From: Salpingoeca rosetta
Lineage: Eukaryota; Protista; Choanoflagellata
DNA: 64,000 nucleotides
NCBI GenBank assembly: GCA_033442325.1
Contig: JAWQFM010000007.1
Location: forward strand, 2,048,208 to 2,112,207
Reading direction: 5' to 3'
Position 1 is the first letter of the stretch, and each line of letters starts with the position of its first letter. Position numbers and translations under genes: made by a program. The notes beneath the pieces are model-generated. The model had not been told where the DNA came from. It made no database searches and saw only the letters and a program-made list of their open reading frames with translations. Of this stretch, positions 14,236 to 51,461 are shown one piece after another.

Positions 14236-15938
14236 ATGCCGCACACTGAACTCTACGACCTCCTCGGCGTCTCGACGGATGCGTCGGACGCAGAGCTGAA
14301 GAAGGCCTACAGGAAGAAGGCCATGAAGTACCATCCTGACAGGAACCCTGATGCTGGCGAGAAGGTGCGCTTTTCTTCCTGCATGTGTGAGGATGTGCGC
14401 GCGTGTATGCATGCGTGTATGCATGCGCGTGTGTGTGTGTGTGTGTGTGCACTGAGTGAAAGCGGGTGCTTGTTATTTTCATTTTGGCTTTCGCGAGTAT
14501 GGAGAATGGGGGTACAAGGACCTATTGTGCTGGGTGCTATGATCGTTGTTATGGTGTGTCCAAAAGTCCTGGCGATCGCCCAAGCCGTTTCGTCCCCTTC
14601 TCATACCTCTGTTTTGTAATCGTGGCTCGTTTGCTTGTGTTTTTTGTCGTGCGGCGTGTACAGTTCAAGGAGATCACACAGGCGTATGAGGTCTTGTCCG
14701 ATGCTGAGAAGCGCAAGACATACGACCGCCATGGTCTCGACGGCCTGAAGGAGGGCCGATGTACGTTTATCTGCCCCTGTCTGTCTGTGCCTATGGGTGT
14801 GTCTGTGTGTCTGTGTGTCTGTGTGCATGTGGGTGTCTGTCTGTCTGTCGGGTTGTGTCTGTGTCTGTGTCTGTGTGCGTGCGTGTGTGTGTGGCTACGT
14901 TCGCTCCTCAACATGTGTGTGTGTGCTTGATGGCCATGGACCTACCCATGCTTACACGCAACTTCCCCCTCCCCGGCCTGCCTCGCCATTGCCCTTGTTC
15001 TTCTCCTTGCTGTCTTGCCGTGCAGCTGAGGGGCCTGGTGGCCTCTTTGAGCACCTCTTTGGCATGCGCCGCGACACGGGCCCAAAGAAGGGCGAGGACA
15101 CCGTCCAACCATTCCCGTGCGTCGCGTGTTGAGCCTGCATTGAGCTTGTGTTTGTGATGCTTGCTTTTGCCCCCTTGGAACGAGCTTGTGCATGCATCAG
15201 TGGATGCGCGTATCGGTGCGCTCGCACGAGTACGCCAACGACCTTTTCGCGGCAATTTGGGAACGCTTGCCACTCGTGCACACGCTCGCGCTCACTCACA
15301 CCCCCCCCCCCGCGTGTATGTTCTTCCTTCCTCCCTCCTTCCGCCTCCTTCCTTCTTCCTTCGTTCCTTCCTTTCTCGGTTCCTTCCTGCCTCAATGCCA
15401 CTACCCGTCACAGTGTGAGCCTCGAGGACATGTACAATGGCACCACCCGCAAGATTGCGCTGCGCAAGCGTGTGCTCTGCTCCGACTGCAACGGGTATGT
15501 CACGGCACCTCCCTCGCAGCACGACTGGGTGCTGCGCCTCCCTGTTGTCCCTTTCTCCCTTTTGCTCCGCTTGCGGTTGTTCCTCCTCCTCCTTCTCACC
15601 GCTTGCGCGCACACACCATGTGTCGTTGTGTTATGGCTCACACCTGCGGGCTGAAATGTATGCATCATCTCTTGCACAACAGCGAGGGCGGCAAGCACGG
15701 CAAGGGCAAGACGTGCACGTCGTGCGACGGCCACGGCATCCGCGTTGAGCTGCGGCAGCTTGGTATCGGCATGGTGCAGCAGGTCCGCCGCGCGTGCGAC
15801 AAATGCAACGGCACAGGTGCGTGGTTTGGGAGGGGAATATTTGTGAGCATATGTTTTGAGAGGGAGGATGGGTGGGTGAGGAAAGGGATGTCCGTGCTGT
15901 GTGGTGTTGTTGTTGTGTGCATCCTTGCCGTTGCGCCT

Positions 15939-16037
<99 letters not shown>

Positions 16038-16548
16038 CGCCGTTCACCTTGCGCTCCTTCCCGTTGTGCTTGGTTCTCCATCCCTCTCTGTGTGCAGGTG
16101 AGATGTGGGATCCCAAGGACCTGTGCAAGACGTGCTCTGGCAAGAAGGTCATGCAGGACCGCAAGATCCTGGAGGTGCACATTGACAAGGGCATGCGCGA
16201 TGGCCAGAAGATCACCTTCCGCGGGGAGGGCGACCAGGAGCCTGGCATTGAGCCCGGTGACGTCGTGCTTGTCCTCCGCGCAAAGGATCACCCTGTCTTT
16301 GAGCGTCGTGGCCGTGACCTCATCATGAAGAAGAAGATTGGCCTGACGGAGGCTCTGTGCGGGCTGGACCTCACGCTCAAGCATCTTGACGGCCGCATGC
16401 TGCACGTCAAGTGCCCGCCGGGCGAGGTGATTGCCCCAGACAGCGTCAAGGTCATCAAGGAGGAGGGCTTCCCCGAGCACCGCCGCATCTTCGACAAGGG
16501 CGACCTCTTTGTCGTGTAAGTTGTGCGCAACTGTGTTGTGTGTATATC

Positions 16549-16593
<45 letters not shown>

Positions 16594-17103
16594 AACTGTG
16601 TTGTGTGCAACTGTGTGTTGTGTGTGTGTGTGTGTGTGTTTTGATACAGTGCTTCACTTACCGTTCCCTCTCCACCCTTGTCACCGCCACCCCCGCCGAC
16701 TGTTACAGCTTTGACGTTGACTTCACCATGCCTGAGGAGCTGCGCACGCCGGAGCACCTGAAGAAGCTCGAGGCGCTGCTGCCGCCGCGCGAGAAGGTGG
16801 ACATTCCTTCCGACGCAGAGGAGGTCGTCCTCCAGGAGCCCGACCCAAACCGCAGAATCGGTATGGCCGCTCTTGCTGCTCTTGTTGCTTGCTCCTCTTC
16901 CTCTTTCTCGTCTCACTCTTTTCTTGTGCCGCTTCTCTTGTTCCGCTTGCTTACTCACGCAATGGCCTGCTGCGTGCGCTGTGCTGTGCTGTGCTGTGTT
17001 GTGTTGTGCAGGCGAGGCTGGCCCTGGCGAGAGGCAAGCGTACGACGAGGATGACGACGAGGGCCACCACGCCGGCCCAGGCGTCCAGTGTGCAAGCCAA
17101 TAA
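14236..17103 (+). CDS. Type I DnaJ/Hsp40 co-chaperone (DNAJA/Ydj1-like, multi-exon)
   Basis: J domain [25 protein letters not shown], zinc-finger CxxCxGxG repeats ([30 protein letters not shown]), [27 protein letters not shown], and C-terminal CaaX CASQ*. Confidence 0.97.
15224..15285 (+). ncRNA. Candidate intronic H/ACA guide hairpin (18S helix 18 target)
   Basis: 8-bp stem GCACGAGT (15224-31)/ACTCGTGC (15272-79) followed directly by ACA (15280-82). Pocket strands CGCCA and CTTGCC complement 18S GGCAAG-UC-UGGUG, with 14 nt from pocket top to ACA. No canonical H box is seen upstream. Confidence 0.45.
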
Positions 17104-18316
17104 GCACTCCCAACAAGCACTCCCACCTCCACTTCGCAGCCCCTCTTTTGTCAAGTATCCCCAAGATACAGCACACATGCACACACACACATGCAATCAA
17201 CCATCCGATCCAGTGCAGCAACCACCCAAGCAGAGGTGTTTGCTGCTGCTGCTGCTGCTACCACCACTGATAAGGTTGTGTGCTCTGTTTCAGTGTTTCG
17301 TAAAGCCCGTTGCTGGTCAGAGCTGTTTTTGCTTCTCGTTGCGTGAACCATTCAACGTGTAATGTCTCCCTTTCTCTATTCCGTCGAGTTGGCTGCTTGT
17401 TTTGGTCAATCGAGCCACTGCACACACTTGCACGGCAGGCCTCGCCCATCCAACCAAAGCAAGCATGCCTCTTCGTTGTTGTTGTGTCTTGTCAATGTGT
17501 TTCTTTGTTGTTTGCTTCGGCTACCGTTCCCCCCTCCCGTCGCGTCCCTTTCGCCCTCTCCCTCGACCCGCTGTTTCCTTCCCCCTCCTTACTAGACAGT
17601 TGCCACCTCTCTCATACACATATCCACGAGACGTAGTAACATAACAACACCTTGGAGCGTGTGCGTGCGACCCGAAACGCGGCCGTCTTTTGAGCAGAGC
17701 GGATAACACTAGCCAGGGTGACTTAATCACTAGCACTGCGTTCAAGCGCTGTCTGTGGTATCGTGTGTCTGCGCTGTGTGTGCGTGTGGTGGTGGTGGTG
17801 GTGGTGGTGCGCGCTGCCCTTTGGTGTGTAGCTGTAGTGGAGCGCAGCCCACACACGTGCACCATGCTTGAGGTGAAGTTGGTATGCTGTGTGACCTTGT
17901 GACAGCTGCTTGATGTTGTGATGTGATGTGACGATCAACATATGTAGTACAAAGCAGGTTTGAACAAAGAGAGGAACTGTGCTGTACACAGGTCCACAAC
18001 GAGAACGACAAGGACAGCAAGCGTGGTAGCGGGACTGTGGGTGGGAAGGGAAGGGAGGGGAGGTGTGACAGTTGCCTTCTTGCTGCAGAAGCGAGGCCCT
18101 CGCTCAAGGAGGAGAAAAAAAAAAAAAAAAGGAAAAAAAAAAAAAAAAAACACCCACCACACCAGCCAGAAAAAAAGGCGGACCATAACCGACCGCGCGC
18201 ACGCACACAAACAAACAAGCACACCAGCCAGCCAGCCAGCAAGTGACTGCTGTTCCCCGCCTTCCTCCTTCCTTGTTGTCGTTCCTTGTTGTGGTTGGTG
18301 TGCAAGGACTGCTTGC

Positions 18317-41990
<23,674 letters not shown>

Positions 41991-42625
41991 AATGGGTGTC
42001 GTGGGTGCTCTTCCTGCTGTTGTTTGTATTATTGATGTGGGTATTTGCCTTTTTGCTGTGTTGCGTGTGTGCTGCGCTCACACGTCCTTTGACTGCTTGC
42101 ACATGTGTTGACAGGATGCTATGCAGTGGCTGCTGGCTGCCGTTGGTCGCGACCTGTGACAATGCACACATGCACACACCCATGCACTTTTCAGTTTCAG
42201 ATAGTGCATCCTGAACGCTTTTTGTTGTACATACACACGAACACAGAGAGGTGTTCATTGAGCAACTAACACATGTGTGCATTACATCTGCTTGCTTGTG
42301 GTTTGAACGTAAGTGCAATCAATATTGGTGTTGTTTATTGTGGTGAGTGGTTGTTGTCTTGTTGATAATGGAAGACACGAAAAGAGATCAGATTAACAGC
42401 ACCGCATCCACCACGTGATGGCGAAGATGGCACACAGCAATGACACGCAAACAACCAGCGGCTTACCATCCACACACACACACACACGCACGCACATGGC
42501 CTACTTGAACCACCACCGAGTAGCGGAGGGAAGTATGGTTCACGAAAGAACAGCATACGCGTACACTTGCTTCCTCGGTCGCCTGTTTTCATTCCACAAA
42601 CGAACCAGCCAGCTTACAGACAGAC

Positions 42626-42716
<91 letters not shown>

Positions 42717-42734
42717 CCGCTCATGTGTGGTAGT

Positions 42735-43365
42735 CTAGTTTGCGTTCTTGGGCATGTACTTGAGGAAGTAGCCCTCGGCCGCCCTCCACTGGTTGAGGTT
42801 GGAAGATTTGGCGTATGCGCACACCTCCCGCTGGCCCGAGATGGGGCGGTTGAACTGGTGCCTGCCCGTGGAGTGGAGGTACATCTTGGTGTCTGCGTGG
42901 CGGAAGCGCACGGTATCGTCACGCTTCCAGTATGTGCCGCTGCACTCGACCTTCCAGTTGTCGCCCGTGTCGGACTGGGAGTGGTCGCCAAATGCGCTCA
43001 CCTCCTGGTTGTGGCTGAGCGGCGACTGGAAGTTGTGGCTGTGCAGCCATTTCTGGGAGCCAACGTGGAAGAGGCGGATGGTGGAGCCGCACTTGATCTT
43101 CTGGCCACGCCTGCACTCCTTCCCTGAGGCGCCCGCGATCTGCCACAAGTCGTTCATATCCTGGCCCTCGCTCTTGATGGTCACGGACTGCTGCCCGCTG
43201 CCGGTGCCGTAAGCGACCTCCTGCGAATGCAGCCGATACGATGTGGCCACATGCTCCAGCTTCAGCGCCGTGCCACACGTCACAACCTCGTACCCTGTTT
43301 GGGAAAGAAGGGGAGGGGAAAGGGGAAGGGTTGTATTGAGCCGGAGTGCGAAAGCAGGAGAGAAG

Positions 43366-43446
<81 letters not shown>

Positions 43447-43640
43447 TGTGTGTGTGTGTGCGTGTGTGTGCGTGTGTGTGCGTGTACTTGCTTCGCCTCG
43501 CCTCTCTTTGCAACCTTCACTCACACAGACGCGCCCACACTCACAGACACACCTTTTGGGACGCTGGCGTTGGCTGTGGCAGCGATGGCGAGAGCCACAG
43601 CCACTACACCCACAACAACAAGCATTGTCCTCCTCATCAT
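42735..43640 (-). CDS. SDF2: Stromal cell-derived factor 2 (SDF2/SDF2L1), MIR-domain ER protein, 2 exons
   Basis: Signal peptide MMRRTMLVVVGVVAVALAIAATANA, followed by VTCGTALKL..RLHSQEVAYGTGSGQQSVT..WLHSHNFQSPLSHNQEVSAFG..DTGDNW..RPISGQREV. Confidence 0.95.
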
Positions 43641-43917
43641 CGCGTTCCGCTTTGGTTGGTTGTTTGGTTGGCTGACGTGGCGAGAAGTCATAAATGCCCA
43701 TCAAATCATGCAAAAAGTCATTATCGTTGTTTATGAACCGCTGCGAGCCAACGAAGCAAGCAAACAAACACCGCACTTCGCACCTCTCTTTCTCTCAACC
43801 CAGCCCCTCTCACTCCACGACCCTCCATCCAACCAACGGCAAATACTCAATATGTACACACCGTGCTCATCCTCAACCAAGCACCAACACACTTCACACA
43901 CAAATAAAAAGCAAGCC

Positions 43918-45431
43918 TTAGACATCTGTGACAGTGACATGTGAAGGACCGAAATCATTCACCAGAACAAGATGATGGTCCTGTTGCTGTTGACCTTGAG
44001 GTGATCTTGGGTTGAGACAGTCCCGCCCACTTGGGTCTGGCTCAGCTAGGTCTGGCTCAGCTAGGTCCGGCTCTCGCATCCCAGGTGGTGTTGGATCGAG
44101 CTTGCGGTCCTGCTTCCTCGCAGCAGCCCGCTGCTCGGGGTCAATGTCACAACACCTCGTGTTGTCGTTGCTTCCGCGCCAGATGCCTGCAATGTATGAA
44201 GCCCAGCTGGACACGGAGAAGATGGACGATGTCTCGGACCCAGCGTCCTCATCGCCACGAGAATGCCTGCAGGCACGGCTGTCATTGCAGTTGTTACCCT
44301 CAGCAGTCGCGGGTTGCTGGAGGCGGTGCTGCTCTTCAGCTACGAGTGACGATTGCGACACAGAGGTGTGCCTACACAGGGTGTTGCTGCCGCTGTCCAC
44401 GCCAGAGTCCACGCTGGACTCGCTGGGTGCGCGGTCGTGCGCTGCCATCAGGGACGCGTGCCGTGTCGGCAGCACGGCCGAGCGAGCTGCCTCGTGGTTG
44501 CCCTCCCGCACTGGCTGCACCGCAGCGTGGTTTGTGTCGTGCTGAGGAGCAGTAGTAGTAGTAGTAGTAGTAGTAGTAGGGCTGTGCAAGAGGGTGATGC
44601 GCTCGTGCTCGTCCTCGCCGCCGGCCACGTCTGCCGTGTTGGGTGGGACAATCGTCGCTACGCTGTTGCTGTGCAGCATTGCCGTGGTGGATGACAGCGA
44701 ATCCTGTGCACGTGGCGAGGCAGGCACAATGAGGCAGTCATCTGCAGGGCCCAGGGTGTCACTGCCATCTTGCTCACTGCCGGTTGCGATGAGGGGTGCT
44801 GGCGGCTCGCGCGTGGCCATGGCGACGCAGTGGTTGACGAAGAACAGGCCGTCCTCATCCACGTCAACGTCCCAGTCGAGGGGCAGGGTTTCAAGCTTCA
44901 CGCCGGCCAGCTCTCGCGCCAGCGATGGGTGTGTCCACGTCACGCGCCGCGTGCTTGCATGCACAAAGTAAGGCTGGCCGCTCTGCGAGCACGTGTGCTG
45001 CGACCAGCCGCAGGGGAGGGGCCATGTTTCCCGCATGTGGTCGTGCAGCTGCAGCACGCTGCCAGCACCACCGTGCTCGGAAATGAAAATCTCGTCATGG
45101 CGTGCATCCTGCAAGAGCAGGTTGTCAACTTCCGTGTCAAGACCATGGTGGTGGCCACGGCCCGCCGTGCACCGGCTATCAGCGTGCCATGCAATGCCAT
45201 GCGGCACGCTCTGTCTCCGAGGTGCGGTGTGCCCTGCTGCCGTTGTCGCGCTAGCATCACCAACGTCGTCATCATTGTTGTTGTTGTGGTGGTGGTGATG
45301 GTGGGGCGTGCCATCAAAGTACTCTGCGTCTGCCTCCAAATCCGGGAAGAAGGCGCGCGGCACACAGTGCAGAGTTAGCCTGCGGGTGGAGGCAACCGCT
45401 TCGTCTGATGACGACGAAGAAGGTCCTGCAG

Positions 45432-45462
<31 letters not shown>

Positions 45463-45937
45463 ATTGCGAGTGTCCTGTTCTAGTCTGATGGTCGAAGCTA
45501 CTGGGGTTGATGTGACGCGTTGCCACCGATGGCTTGGTGTTGTGTATGGCGGGCATTTTTTCGTGCCAACAGGCCATGCTTTGCTGGCATCTTCTGATGA
45601 CACTTGTGGCTGTTGTTGTTGTTGTTGTTGTTGCGGGGTGCATGTCTTTTCTGTGGTTGAGATGGCGGGGTCGAGCACGAAGCGTTGGTAGAAGGCGTTG
45701 AGGTCCTGATGCTGTTGCGCGGAGAGGAAAGGGGGCCGGCGACATGTGGAGCACGTCGTGTCGTCGAGAAAATAGGGCTCACCCTCTGCGTCAAGATCCA
45801 GGGTCCAACCATGTGGAAGCTCGTGCAACGATGGTGGAAGCAGCAGCCGCAGCCGTGGGTCGTGCCATGTCGTCATTTGCCTCTCATGGCTGTAGGCGCG
45901 TGCGCGTGCGTGTGTGTGTGTGTGTGCGTGCGCGTGC

Positions 45938-46027
<90 letters not shown>

Positions 46028-46451
46028 GAGGGACGAGAAGTTGAAGTTCGTGCATGCAAGCATCGAGGGAACAAGCGTGAGCTTGTGTTAAGGTTCAGCT
46101 TGTGTGTGCATGCGAATGCATGATGCACACGGCGTGTCACTGCTGGCGCGCTTCCTCCCTCAACAACAACCATCACCCTTTTCACAAGTCTCATCCATTC
46201 CCGTACCCATACTACTACACTCACACACAACACACAACACACACACGCTTACGTACACACACACACACACACACACACACCCACAAGGGTATGTGAACTG
46301 ACTTGAGGAAGACGACTCTGCGTTGGCCATGCTTGAGGCGCTGGCGTGGGGAAGTGCACACCCTTGCCTCCCAGCCAGCAGGCAGCGGGAGCGCAGACAG
46401 GACAGCATGGGCTCGGGGCACGGGCGCAGCCGAGGGCTCAACCCTCGTCAT
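43918..46451 (-). CDS. Protein with two tandem WW pairs (4 WW domains) and C-terminal PDZ-binding motif
   Basis: Exon 46451-46303 (LPLPAGWEARV..VVFL) splices to about 45890 (N-HERQMTTWHDPR..ELPHGWTLDLDAEGEPYFLD). The second pair is PLPCGWSQHTCSQSGQPYFVHASTRRVTWTHP..TLPLDWDVDVDEDGLFFVNH. The protein ends VTVTDV*. Confidence 0.8.
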
Positions 46452-46566
46452 GCCTCTGCGCACCAAACGGGCACAGGTCACTCAGGAGGGGAAGGCAAGC
46501 CCAGGCACCTGCTGCTGCAGAGCTCGTGGGTCTTGTTCTTGCCGCGGAGTTGTGCTCGCCGTGGCC

Positions 46567-46597
<31 letters not shown>

Positions 46598-47744
46598 AGA
46601 AGAAGAGATCTTGTGGTGGTGTGAATGTCGGTGCAGTCGAGCCTTTGGTGGTGAGGTGCAGGGGAAGGGTTGTTGTGGCAGGTAAGTTTTTGCTTGTTCT
46701 GCGTGCACGACAGAGAACATCAACAGCAACAAGCATTCCAGAACGATGCGATTGGGGCTGCGAATGGGCAGGAAGCAGGGGAGGAAGCAGGGGAGGAAGA
46801 GAGCACAGGCGAACAAAGCAACCCAAAGGTATGCATGCACGAATGCGAGTGTGAGCGACAAAGGGAGAGTGAGGGAGTGAGGGAGAGAGTGAGCGAGTCG
46901 GGTTTGTGTGCATGCGAGGGTTGCGAGCGGGATCAGGCGGGCAGTCAGCCGGCAGTTGGATGAGACACACACACACACACAATGTTCCTCTTCCTCTTCA
47001 TCCATCCGTCACGGCCAACGGAAACCCACACATCACACACATCACACACATACACCGTGATCATGTCACACCACACACGCGCTGGCATGTCATCATCATC
47101 ATCACCAGCCACCACGATGCAACGGAAAGCCACACACACAGACACACACAGCCGCATCGTCTCAGCGAGAACAAGCTCACCAGGAAGAAGCCAAAGGCTG
47201 CACGCGCAGGACACCCCGAGGAAATCACCACAGTCTGATGAACACCTCCTGCTCACAACGAATGGTGCTTGCTTGTTTGAATGCAGCAGCAGCAGCGTTT
47301 GCTGACAAGCAAGAAGCAAGAAGTTTGTTGATGATGGCTGCGTGTGTCGTCTTCCTTTCCAACCCACCCCTGCTCAGGCGTCAAAGTCAGACGACGCGCG
47401 GCAGGCAGCGAGTGGCAAAGTGATGTGCTGAAGCGAAGCTGCAGCTGACATGAAGCAAGCGAACAGGTGCGGCTTTTGCTTTGCAAAACAAAACACCCCC
47501 TCACGCAAAACAAGGCGGTCGGCACTGGCACGACTTGTGTCGCAGCAACGGAACGCCGCCCGCTTATCTGACATGATTTCAGAGACTATTCGTAACGGTC
47601 TGCGTGCATGCATGCATCAAAACCTGACCAACGCCACCATCGCCGTCAAACAATTGCACCACCCAGGTTTCAGATTTTGCTTTTGCTTGCAAGCACACCG
47701 TGCGGCAAAAAAAAACAAGGCAAAGTTGAACAAGCACCACAAAG

Positions 47745-49931
47745 TCAATTTTGCGCAAGGAGGATGGCGCGTAGCTCGTCAATCTTGGCAACGTGCTCGG
47801 CGTCAAAGGCCATGCCATCCACGCTCATGTCTGCCTCGGGCTTGACACCGTCCCGGCAACCAGCAGCAAACTGCACACACGTGACAGAGTGGCGGTGCAT
47901 TAGTGGTTGCGTGAGAGGTGGGGACGCGTTTGACAGCAAGGAGACACACGCACACGCACACAGGTGTACATGGTGGCAACAGCCAGTTCGACTCACGCAT
48001 GCTTGCAGCACTTGCTTCTCAAAGGACACGTCCGGCAGCAGCGGTTCCGCCTCTGTGCATGTGTGTGTGTGTGTGTGTTCATGTGTGTGTATTCATGCGT
48101 GTGGAGTATTCATGCATGTGTAGTATTCATACATGTGCGTGCGTCAGCACGTGCGTTTTCATGCTTGTGTTGTTCAAACATGTTTGTTTGCGCATCAGGA
48201 ACAGGCAAGGAGGGTGCAACACAGCACACACAGCCGCTCGCCAATAGGGGGAAAGCAAGCACCTGTCGGGTTTGAGGTGGCGAGGGCGACGGCGCCTGCA
48301 GCCAGGCCATCTGCGCCCCAGTTGCTCACACCGGCCGAAATGAGATAGTCGCAGCCGACAACACACGCAATCTCCTCACCGCGTGGCACATGCTCCTTTA
48401 CAAGGTCAAGCACCTGCAAAAGGGGTGTCCATTGCAACATCGAATGGAAGACAGCAAAGGCGACACGTTAAGGGAGGGGTTGGGTGGGGAAGGAGGAAAT
48501 CAAGCAAGATGGAGAAGGGAAACCCACCCACACACACACACACAGATGCACATACACGTAGAGGCACGCAGAGGCACATTCAAGGGCGCCCACATGAACG
48601 CAGGCACACCCACACTCACCCACACATGCACGCACACACTCACACACCTTGCCCATGCCGAGTTCGTTGCCGCCATCGCCAACGCCAATGGTCGCAACAC
48701 CTCGCTCCTCTGCCCATTGGAAAACGTGCGATGCATGCATGCAAATGCACGTGAGCCGTGTTGTCAACCTGTATCCCCCAACACATGAACGCAAACAACG
48801 GGCTGCCTCCCAGCCACGCACTCATCCCACCAAACCACACATCTGTCTCGCCGGCAATAATCATGAGCATGCGAACAGGCAAGCATGTGCAACAACTCAC
48901 GGGCGAGGGTGAAGAGGTGGTCGATGGGCTGCACGTGCTGATCCATCACTGCCGCGCGCATCGTGTGGTAGTGCCCACTCGACGCCACGCCGGCTCGCTC
49001 CACCGCCACGACCGCGTCAACTCCGCGCGACAACAGCTGCTCGCTCACCGCGCCTGCACATGCATGCACGCACAGATACACACAGACAAAGAGACAGACA
49101 CACAGACACACAGACACACAGACACAAACAAACAAAGACACAAACAAACAAAGACACACACACAAAGAGACATGCGCGCAGAGAGGCACCCAACCAACAC
49201 ACACACACATATGTGGTCAAAGAAAAGAGCATGCTGTGAGCATGAACAAATCAGCTAGCGACGCGATGGTCTGTTCCACCCTCCAGCAATCCACATGTCC
49301 ATCCATCCATCTGTCTTACCCATCAACTCACGTGCACGGGTGGTTTGATCATCACTGCTGCTGTCAGACGCATCTGCATTGTCTGCGTTGAACTCCACGA
49401 GGGAGCACTTGTCAGCAAGGGCTGGCACCAGCTCGCGTGCCCGCTGCAGGGCTGCAGTCATCACAGCCATGTTTGCAGGATCAACCACCAGCGTCACCTG
49501 CACATGTATGTAGTGTGTGCGTGTCGTGTGTGCGTGCGTGGTGGATGTGTGTGCATGGATGAGGCAGAGAGAGCGGGGATCAAACAGGGCAAAGTGATGG
49601 CGGCACTCGCACACAGACACACAGACACACAGACACACACACGCACACACGCACGCACACTGACCTGCTTGCCGAGGAGGACGAGTGTGCGTGCGAGGGA
49701 GAGGGCGCCCAGCGGGCCGTCGCTCTCCGTTGGAATCGAGCGAGTCACCAGACACGGGAATCCTACAGCAGCCATAATAGCAGAAGCAGAAGCAGAAGCA
49801 GCAGAAGCAGCGGCGGCGGTGGCGACGTGATGGAAACGGGTGAGGAGGAGTACACGACAAGCCGTCGTGTGCGGTTTCAAGCAAGCATGAACACGGGCGC
49901 AGGCACAGATGCAACACAGCACACACACACA

Positions 49932-49972
<41 letters not shown>

Positions 49973-50590
49973 ACATACACATACACACACTGACCTGTCG
50001 TGATTGCGATATGAGTGGCACTGTGGAGGGCATGGCACGCAGACCAGAGCTGGTTTGGAAGTGTCAACGCGTTCACGTTTCGGCCACCAGGGTCCTCCCT
50101 TCAACAGCAAGACAAGAGCACGTGAGCTCATGTTGTAGTCGCATGTGTGTGTGCGTGTGTGTCATGCGCTCGTTTCATATGTGGCAGCTGCACGGTTAGC
50201 AGCAAAAACATGTCAAGCCAAGCAGCCAAGCAACAAACAACGCCAAGGAAAATGAGCCCTGCTGTGTTGCTCACTTGATTGCGTATTCGATGGAGTTGAT
50301 GTGTTGCATGGCGCGCTGGGTTGCGCCCATCAGGATTGGAGAGTCTGAGATGGAGAATAGATCCTCCTCCTGATTGGAGCGGTTGCAATCACACAGCGCA
50401 GAGGCCATGATGAGGGGTGAGGAGAAGGGGGGGGGGTGGGTGAGGTCACACGCGGATGAGTGTTTGCGTGTGTGAGAATTAGAGGAACGCTTAAAGGCAT
50501 GAACAGAGTCATGGTAAATGAGAGTGAAGCACATAGAGCTGTGTCAGGGACAACACACATACACAGACACACACAGACACAGACACACAG

Positions 50591-50621
<31 letters not shown>

Positions 50622-50885
50622 AGTACACTGAGAGCACCTTAACGTCTGTGACGAACATGCAGCCTGGGGAGTGTGTGATGACGATGGGAAGGTTGGCTGA
50701 CTTGACGGCTTCGAGACAGGTGACACCACAGCACCAGAAACACGGAACCTCATCGCCTCGCACATCGACGGCGTCGCCGTAGTCTGGCGTTTCAAGTCGC
50801 GTTGTCTGCAGTTGCGCCGTGTTGCAACGCATGATGGCCGCAGTGGAGGTACAGCTGGTGAGTTGCAGCTTGCATGCGTGCTTGC

Positions 50886-50938
<53 letters not shown>

Positions 50939-51418
50939 CGCGCAATGAATTGGGCTGCAGAACAGTCAATATGGGTACCTTGGGCAGGAGCAGGCGGTGG
51001 TCAACAGTGTGAAAGGGGACGCCGTGAGCTGCAGCATGTAATTGTGGCGCGACGGACCGTGAGAACATGAAAGGAGGCCGTGAAGGTCACTGGTGCACAC
51101 ATGCACCCGAACGACTGGTAAAACAGCACACGCCAAGCAAACGTGTAAAGTTCAGTCACACAGACACACAGACACACAGACACACAGACACAGACACACG
51201 AACACACAGACACAGACACACACACCAAGAACGTAAGGTGCTGTTGCGGAGACTGCAGTGGAGATGTGGTCCTTCTTGACCGGACGCATGCTGACGACCA
51301 TCTTGCCCTTGAAGGGGCCAACCTGATCGCAGTCACGCGATGTTCTGCCAACATCAACAGAAAGGAACGAACGTGCCGACGTACGTGCTCGGCAGTTAGC
51401 GAATGGAGGCGGGCATTT

Positions 51419-51461
<43 letters not shown>

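Noticed and set aside
44031-44075. 15-nt tandem repeat encoding EPDLAEPDLAEPDP
   Set aside because: Short coding slippage in a disordered tail with no evident function.
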